Positions 6,733 to 10,422 of a DNA stretch of 10,422 nt are shown here, one piece after another; the stretch's first letter is position 1; each line of letters starts with the position of its first letter. The notes beneath the pieces were generated by a model. That model was not told the origin of the DNA and made no database searches. It saw only the letters and a program-made list of their open reading frames with translations. Location: contig NZ_SODD01000059.1 in assembly GCF_004365815.1 (NCBI RefSeq), positions 1 through 10,422 of the forward strand, given 5' to 3'. The translations under genes and the position numbers were made by a program. The DNA is from Breznakia blatticola. Its GTDB lineage: Bacteria > Bacillota_I > Bacilli_A > Erysipelotrichales > Erysipelotrichaceae.

Positions 6733-8094
6733 ATGAAGTCAAAATTAAGTAAAATAGTAATCCTCGCACTTATGGTTATTATGAGTGTTGGATTTATAGG
6801 AAAACCAAATCCCAACCCAGTTAGTAAAAATGCTTCTTCTTGGTTGAGTGGAAATACAATTGTCTTAGGACAGTCGTATACAGTAACTGTAAGTGCTCCT
6901 AATGCCGCAGGATATGTATCTGCTTCGGCAAGTAATGGAAGTGTATCACCAGCTGGACAAATATGGGTTGATGGTGGTAGTGTATCATTCACTGTGACTC
7001 CAGTAGCTGTTGGAACTTCAACAGTAAGTGTTTCAGGAGTATTAGCAAGTTATGATACAGGAGTAGATGCAAACTATGGATGGTCAGGATCTGTGAATGT
7101 TGTAAATGCAGTAAACCAAAATCCAGAAACACCAGGAAATTCAGGAAATTCAGGAAATACTGGGACTGAGACACCAACTAAACCTGAAGAAACAAAACCA
7201 AAGACAACACTTACACTATCTACATTAAGTGTATCACCTGGGACGTTAAGTCCAGCATTTGATCCAAGCACAACTGGATATAATGTCGAATTAACAAGCG
7301 ATAAAAAACAGATAACTGTCGATGCAAGAGCAACGGATGGAAAAGCAACCGTATCTGGTACAGGAAAACATGCAATCAAAGAAGGTGACAATACTATTGA
7401 AGTTGTTACCTCTGATGAAGAAGGCAATAAGCAAGTATATACAATCAAGGTTACAGTTGAGAAGGCACCTACAGTCTTTTTAGAGAATAGCGATATCGGG
7501 AAAGGTAAATTTGGAATACTACAATTGATGTCTGCACCATTGACTCCAGGTTTCGATGATGCAACTATTAAAATAGATGGTAAAGATGTTGAAGTTCGTA
7601 AAAGTGAGAAAATGGGAATCACACTTGTTTACATGGTAAATGAACAAGGTAAACGCAATTTCTATATTTATGATGAAAAAACAAAAGAAATTATTTCTAT
7701 ATACATTCCTGTTTCATTAAAAGGAAGAAGTTATGCTATTGTTACTCCACAAGTGGATTACACAAAAGAAATTGATGTCACAAAAGCAACAGTGCAAATT
7801 GATAAACAAAACTTTGATGGATGGAAATTCAAGGATCAAAAACTAAAAGACTATGCTTTAGTTTATTTGATGAATGATAAAGGAGTATCAGGCTTATATC
7901 AATTTGAAGCTTCTGAAGATACATTGCAACTTTACAATAACACTGCTGCAATTACGATGGAAGAATATAAGGAACTTGCAAACAAGTCTTCTATGTTGCC
8001 AGTTATGTTTGGCGTAAGCGGGATTTTAGGACTTATGACAATAGGATCTATCATTGCCTTCTTACTTATGAAAAAAAGAATAAACACAAAATAG
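6733..8094 (+). CDS. Surface protein: signal peptide, Ig-like N-terminal domain, Gly/Asn/Ser/Thr/Pro-rich linker, cadherin-like beta-sandwich domain, uncharacterised duplicated module and C-terminal TM tail anchor
   Basis: ATG 6733 is preceded by GAGGA at 6723-6727. The alternative ATG 6721 overlaps the upstream stop as TAATG. Either way the gene abuts the upstream gene, which suggests translational coupling. The signal peptide is MKSKLSKIVILALMVIMSVGFIG. The cadherin-like domain signature LSTLSVSPGTLSPAFDPSTTGYNVEL...YTIKVTV spans 7216-7458. The C-terminal hydrophobic helix (codons from 7993) is followed by KKRINTK. Confidence 0.85.
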   Translation: MKSKLSKIVILALMVIMSVGFIGKPNPNPVSKNASSWLSGNTIVLGQSYTVTVSAPNAAGYVSASASNGSVSPAGQIWVDGGSVSFTVTPVAVGTSTVSVSGVLASYDTGVDANYGWSGSVNVVNAVNQNPETPGNSGNSGNTGTETPTKPEETKPKTTLTLSTLSVSPGTLSPAFDPSTTGYNVELTSDKKQITVDARATDGKATVSGTGKHAIKEGDNTIEVVTSDEEGNKQVYTIKVTVEKAPTVFLENSDIGKGKFGILQLMSAPLTPGFDDATIKIDGKDVEVRKSEKMGITLVYMVNEQGKRNFYIYDEKTKEIISIYIPVSLKGRSYAIVTPQVDYTKEIDVTKATVQIDKQNFDGWKFKDQKLKDYALVYLMNDKGVSGLYQFEASEDTLQLYNNTAAITMEEYKELANKSSMLPVMFGVSGILGLMTIGSIIAFLLMKKRINTK

Positions 8095-8103
8095 TTAATA
8101 GCC

Positions 8104-8134
8104 AAGCACTCCAGTAAAATGAGGTGCTTTTTTT
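8104..8134 (+). terminator. Intrinsic terminator of the hydrolase/partner operon
   Basis: AAGCAC (8104-8109) pairs with GTGCTT (8124-8129), with two further pairs beyond an internal mismatch (U8110-G8123, C8112-G8121). The T run extends to 8134. It lies 10 nt after the stop codon at 8092-8094. Confidence 0.75.
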
Positions 8135-8136
8135 GC

Positions 8137-8171
8137 AAAAAAAAGGAGTAAACAATAGATTGCTTACTCCT
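8137..8171 (-). terminator. Minus-strand intrinsic terminator with no annotated minus-strand gene feeding it
   Basis: On the minus strand an 8-bp stem pairs AGGAGTAA with TTACTCCT (plus-strand coordinates 8144-8151 and 8164-8171). It is followed by T8, the complement of the A8 run at 8137-8144. It sits back-to-back with the plus-strand terminator. Confidence 0.7.
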
Positions 8172-8255
8172 GAATTTGAGTCTAGTCCTGCGTACAACAG
8201 GAACTAGGTAAAGTATAATGGTAGAAATACACAACTACCAGCCTAATTTTTTTCC

Positions 8256-8290
8256 GTGTGTTTGTTTTGTTTGTGTGTTTGTGTGTGTTT
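8256..8290. repeat. 35-nt tract composed only of G and T (only C and A on the minus strand), low-complexity TG/TTTG repeats
   Basis: The sequence gtgtgtttgttttgtttgtgtgtttgtgtgtgttt can be read directly. Shorter (GT)n runs recur at 8741-8747 and 8756-8764, just upstream of the LRR gene. Confidence 0.9.
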
Positions 8291-8559
8291 ATAAGGAGAA
8301 AGGAAATTAGGCAAACCTCCCAGAAAGACGTGTTAAGAAGATTTGTCTTTCTATATATAAGATGCATTGAAACCAAAAAATGTTCACTTTTTTTAAAAAA
8401 AATGAATATTTTAGAAAAAAGCTAATAATTAGGAAGTTGGTTCAGGAAAAGTATTAAATACTTAAAAATAGATAGAGTAAGAGAATGTTTCGTATTTAAA
8501 TTCTTAAACCTAAACATATAGTTATATATAATTATAATTGAATATAAATTATATCGTAT

Positions 8560-8595
8560 AAAAATGTAATGAACGTCCACAAAAATGTCATGAAT
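8560..8595 (+). promoter_or_regulatory. Pair of 15-bp direct repeats spaced 21 bp apart (candidate transcription-factor site) overlapping a weak candidate promoter
   Basis: AAAAATGTAATGAAC (8560-8574) and AAAAATGTCATGAAT (8581-8595) match at 13 of 15 positions, with starts 21 bp apart. The second repeat contains ATGTCA (8585-8590). That hexamer lies 16 nt upstream of TAGAAT (8607-8612), giving a possible -35/-10 pair. Confidence 0.35.
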
Positions 8596-8811
8596 ATACT
8601 TGATTTTAGAATAATTGTCAAAACTAAAGACAGAAATAAAGTTCAATGTTATTCTTCTCATATACGTTATATATAGGAAATTTGTCTTCTAAATTAACCG
8701 AAAGGAGGATTGTTATTTTAGAAAGCATCAGTTACTTTATTGTGTGTAATAAATCGTGTGTGTGCTTATACGAAGAGAATAGAAATATATGACTATAAGG
8801 AGAGGAAGTAT

Positions 8812-10326
8812 ATGAAAAAGATTTTAGCCGCTTTAATGGTTTTTACGTTGATGACTGGATTTGTCCAAGACGAGCCAACTGAGGTAGGAACCCAAATACA
8901 ACAAAATGAAATCGTAGTTGATCAAACTACATTTCCAGATGAAGCATTTAGAAATTATGTAATCGATGAGTTTAATGGACGTACAACATTAGGTCAACAC
9001 GATTTAGCAACAGAATACCTATCTATCGATTATAGTGTGTATCCTGTAAATGACTTTACTGGAATCGAACACTTTACTAAAATTAAAAAATTAGAGATTT
9101 ATGACTACCAAGGTACAGTAATGGATCTTACAGGATTACAAAGCACGAATTCATTCTGGGCTGGATATAATCCAGATGGAACGCCATTATATTTAGGATA
9201 CCCAATTGAGGTAATTCTATTTGAAGCACCAAATTTACATACAATTCAAGTTACAGAAGATCCAGGAAATAAAATTGAATTAACGATTCGTGGATCAAAA
9301 GCAGCTACACTTGATGCAAGCCAAGTTCTAGGTTTGAAAGATTTATTTGTAGTTCGTTCTGATGCATCAACATTAAAAGTTAATGAAGGAATTCAACACT
9401 TACGTTTTGTATTGAAAGATATGCCAAACTTAGTAAATATTGAAGGAAAACTACATGCAGAAGAATTAATGATTGTAAATGCACCTATTGCAAATTTAAA
9501 CATTGATGTTGAAAATCTGTATACATTTGATTTAATTAACACAAATGTATCAGATAGTGAATTATTAGCAAATGCGCATAATCTTGAGTGGTTACTTGTT
9601 GGTGGAAATAAGTTCAGTTACTTAAATGTTTCTGAAGCTGCAAGTACTCGCGTAGATTACCATGACTACAGTGCTGCATATTATGATTATCCACTGATGT
9701 ATGACTTCTTATTCTTGGCAGAAGATGTTACAGATGGAACACCAGGAATGTATGTAAATACAAATAAAATTGCATTAACTGCTAAAAAAGCAGATGGTAT
9801 GTACACAGTGAAAGTAGATAATATAGATATGGAACGTGTGCTATTACCTGAAGATAGTAAATGGGAAATTCTTGATGAAAATACGTTTGTGTTAAAACAA
9901 GATACATTAGAGGAACTAAATTACTATTACCGTGTTGTTGATCCATTCTCAATTGAAACAGGAATGAACTGCGGTGGTGGATTCCATGGACCTTCACAAT
10001 TCATCCCTGACTACAAAGGTCATGCCGGTTTACGTAATACACATAAGTTTATCATGACGGAATTAACACCAGTCGAAGATCCAAAAGAGGAGCCTAAAGA
10101 AGAACCAAAAGAGGAACCGAAAGAAGATCCAAAAGAAGATCCAAAAGAAGAACCAAAACAAGAACCTAAGGAGCAACCAATAAAAGCTCCAAGTATCGCA
10201 GTAACAAGTAAAGCACCTGATACTGCAGATTACACAAATATGAGTTACTACTATGCATTACTTGCAATTTCACTAGTTTCTGTAGCAGCATTATCAGCCA
10301 AGAAAGTACTGAAAACGAAAGAATAA
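8812..10326 (+). CDS. Leucine-rich-repeat surface protein with a Pro/Glu/Lys repeat stalk and a C-terminal sorting-signal-like tail
   Basis: ATG 8812 is preceded by a strong SD, AAGGAGAGG, at 8798-8806. The signal peptide is MKKILAALMVFTLMTGFV. The LRR N-cap style motif FPDEAFRNYVIDEF and GIEHFTKIKKLEI are followed by degenerate LxxLxL-type repeats. The stalk EDPKEEPKEEPKEEPKEDPKEDPKEEPKQEPKEQP follows. The tail is APDTAD, then the hydrophobic stretch YYYALLAISLVSVAAL, then KKVLKTKE. Confidence 0.85.
   Translation: MKKILAALMVFTLMTGFVQDEPTEVGTQIQQNEIVVDQTTFPDEAFRNYVIDEFNGRTTLGQHDLATEYLSIDYSVYPVNDFTGIEHFTKIKKLEIYDYQGTVMDLTGLQSTNSFWAGYNPDGTPLYLGYPIEVILFEAPNLHTIQVTEDPGNKIELTIRGSKAATLDASQVLGLKDLFVVRSDASTLKVNEGIQHLRFVLKDMPNLVNIEGKLHAEELMIVNAPIANLNIDVENLYTFDLINTNVSDSELLANAHNLEWLLVGGNKFSYLNVSEAASTRVDYHDYSAAYYDYPLMYDFLFLAEDVTDGTPGMYVNTNKIALTAKKADGMYTVKVDNIDMERVLLPEDSKWEILDENTFVLKQDTLEELNYYYRVVDPFSIETGMNCGGGFHGPSQFIPDYKGHAGLRNTHKFIMTELTPVEDPKEEPKEEPKEEPKEDPKEDPKEEPKQEPKEQPIKAPSIAVTSKAPDTADYTNMSYYYALLAISLVSVAALSAKKVLKTKE
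10075..10179 (+). repeat. Tandem 12-bp repeats encoding about 8-9 (E/D)PK(E/Q) units
   Basis: The units gat/gaa cca aaa gag/gaa reiterate directly. This is typical of wall-spanning stalk regions and is prone to length variation. Confidence 0.9.
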
Positions 10327-10330
10327 TAAA

Positions 10331-10346
10331 AAGGCTTAATTCAACC
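10331..10346. repeat. Right copy of window-spanning inverted repeat (AAGGCTTAATTCAACC; degenerate outward extension to about 10364)
   Basis: It is the exact reverse complement of 79-94. It lies 5 nt after the LRR gene stop codons (TAATAA) and is preceded by an A run. No classical terminator hairpin is obvious here. Confidence 0.8.
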
Positions 10347-10422
10347 AGTGCATACCAAGTCTCGATAAATCACTGATAAGTACTGAATAATTTATGTGTC
10401 TTTAAAGCATTTCTTGTGATGG

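Larger units (their letters stand above)
8137..8352 (-). ncRNA. Candidate structured non-coding RNA (minus strand); unclassified and hypothetical
   Basis: Four hairpins are present in addition to the minus-strand terminator. The first pairs 8182-8190 with 8198-8207 (9 bp, one bulge). The second pairs 8219-8224 with 8235-8240. The third is a 9-bp stem, 8241-8249 with 8304-8312, enclosing a CA-only tract on the minus strand. The fourth pairs 8322-8329 with 8345-8352 (8 bp). I could not identify a convincing promoter, and there is no match to any RNA family I recognise. Confidence 0.3.

Noticed and set aside
5823-7622. Internal or antisense ORFs 5823-6023(+), 6046-6348(-), 6606-6992(-), 6989-7177(-) and 7074-7622(-)
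   Set aside because: All are nested within, or antisense to, two well-supported domain-bearing genes. They have low-complexity S/L/V/F-rich translations, no SD and no recognisable motifs.
7932-8234. Minus-strand ORF of 100 aa spanning the two terminators
   Set aside because: It reads through both intrinsic terminator hairpins and is antisense to the TM-tail coding region of the upstream gene, so it is implausible as a gene.
8182-8376. Minus-strand ORF of 64 aa ending just before the minus-strand terminator (possible small membrane protein or type I toxin-like peptide)
   Set aside because: The first codon is TTG and the first ATG has no SD (TTTTTTGGTTTCAATG). The middle of the peptide (NTHKHTNKTNTRKK) is simply the CA-only tract translated. 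The region is kept as an ncRNA candidate rather than a CDS. Ribo-seq could revive the small-protein idea.
8422-8661. Minus-strand ORF of 79 aa in the AT-rich spacer
   Set aside because: The I/N/Y/F/K-rich composition is what random AT-rich DNA encodes. There is no SD, no motif and no terminator relationship.
8701-8811. AAAGGAGG at 8701-8708 followed by a TTG mini-ORF (8710-8721), and the TTG 8740 extension of the LRR ORF
   Set aside because: The SD-to-TTG spacing is only 1 nt and the ORF is 3 codons long. The 8740 extension (CVINRVCAYTKR...) precedes a much better SD and ATG at 8812 that opens a signal peptide. The SD-like sequence may have a structural role in the leader, but I cannot support one.
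9782-9997. Minus-strand ORF of 71 aa inside the LRR gene
   Set aside because: It is an antisense shadow ORF with no independent support.
79-10346. Interpreting the flanking inverted repeats as the termini of a transposon or composite mobile element
   Set aside because: There is no transposase, recombinase or integrase anywhere inside. The cargo includes an essential T-box-regulated thrS. Conservation is best at the inner rather than outer ends, and no target-site duplication can be discerned. It is reported as an unexplained repeat, not called as a mobile element.
1-10422. Defence system, CRISPR array, toxin-antitoxin pair, prophage or biosynthetic cluster
   Set aside because: No spaced direct-repeat arrays are present. 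No nuclease, helicase, methylase, ATPase, integrase or phage structural signatures occur in any of the six proteins. All large ORFs are explained by wall-hydrolase, surface-protein, aaRS or SDR families. I found nothing to support such a call.

Overview
AT-rich, low-GC Bacillota-type chromosomal segment; the taxon cannot be fixed from sequence alone. Gene content resembles gut Clostridia or Erysipelotrichia. Six real genes are all on the + strand. (1) A GH25 muramidase with 14 N-terminal cell-wall-binding (choline-binding-type) repeats. (2) A sigma-A promoter and a tRNA-Thr T-box leader driving a threonyl-tRNA synthetase that lacks the N-terminal TGS domain. (3) A tightly linked orphan dTDP-glucose 4,6-dehydratase-like SDR. 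(4) A secreted GH73 N-acetylglucosaminidase ending in a type-I-like dockerin module. (5) A translationally coupled signal-peptide, Ig-like, cadherin-like beta-sandwich protein with a C-terminal TM tail anchor. (6) After a 717-bp very AT-rich, highly structured spacer, a leucine-rich-repeat surface protein with a (E/D)PKE repeat stalk and a non-canonical sortase-like sorting signal. I see no transposase, integrase, CRISPR array, tRNA/rRNA gene or recognisable defence or toxin-antitoxin system. The theme is cell-wall remodelling and surface display, with four different wall-retention strategies in one locus, wrapped around a housekeeping thrS. Four things deserve a second look. First, the dockerin-tagged peptidoglycan hydrolase and its coupled membrane-anchored partner may form a non-cellulosomal cohesin/dockerin-like tether. 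Second, an imperfect inverted repeat with a 16-bp perfect core brackets the whole gene block almost symmetrically at the window ends. Third, an orphan minus-strand intrinsic terminator and a hairpin-dense region with a 35-nt G/T-only tract sit in the large spacer and may mark an unannotated minus-strand RNA. Fourth, 21-bp-phased direct repeats lie upstream of the LRR gene. None of these amounts to a demonstrable new system from sequence alone.
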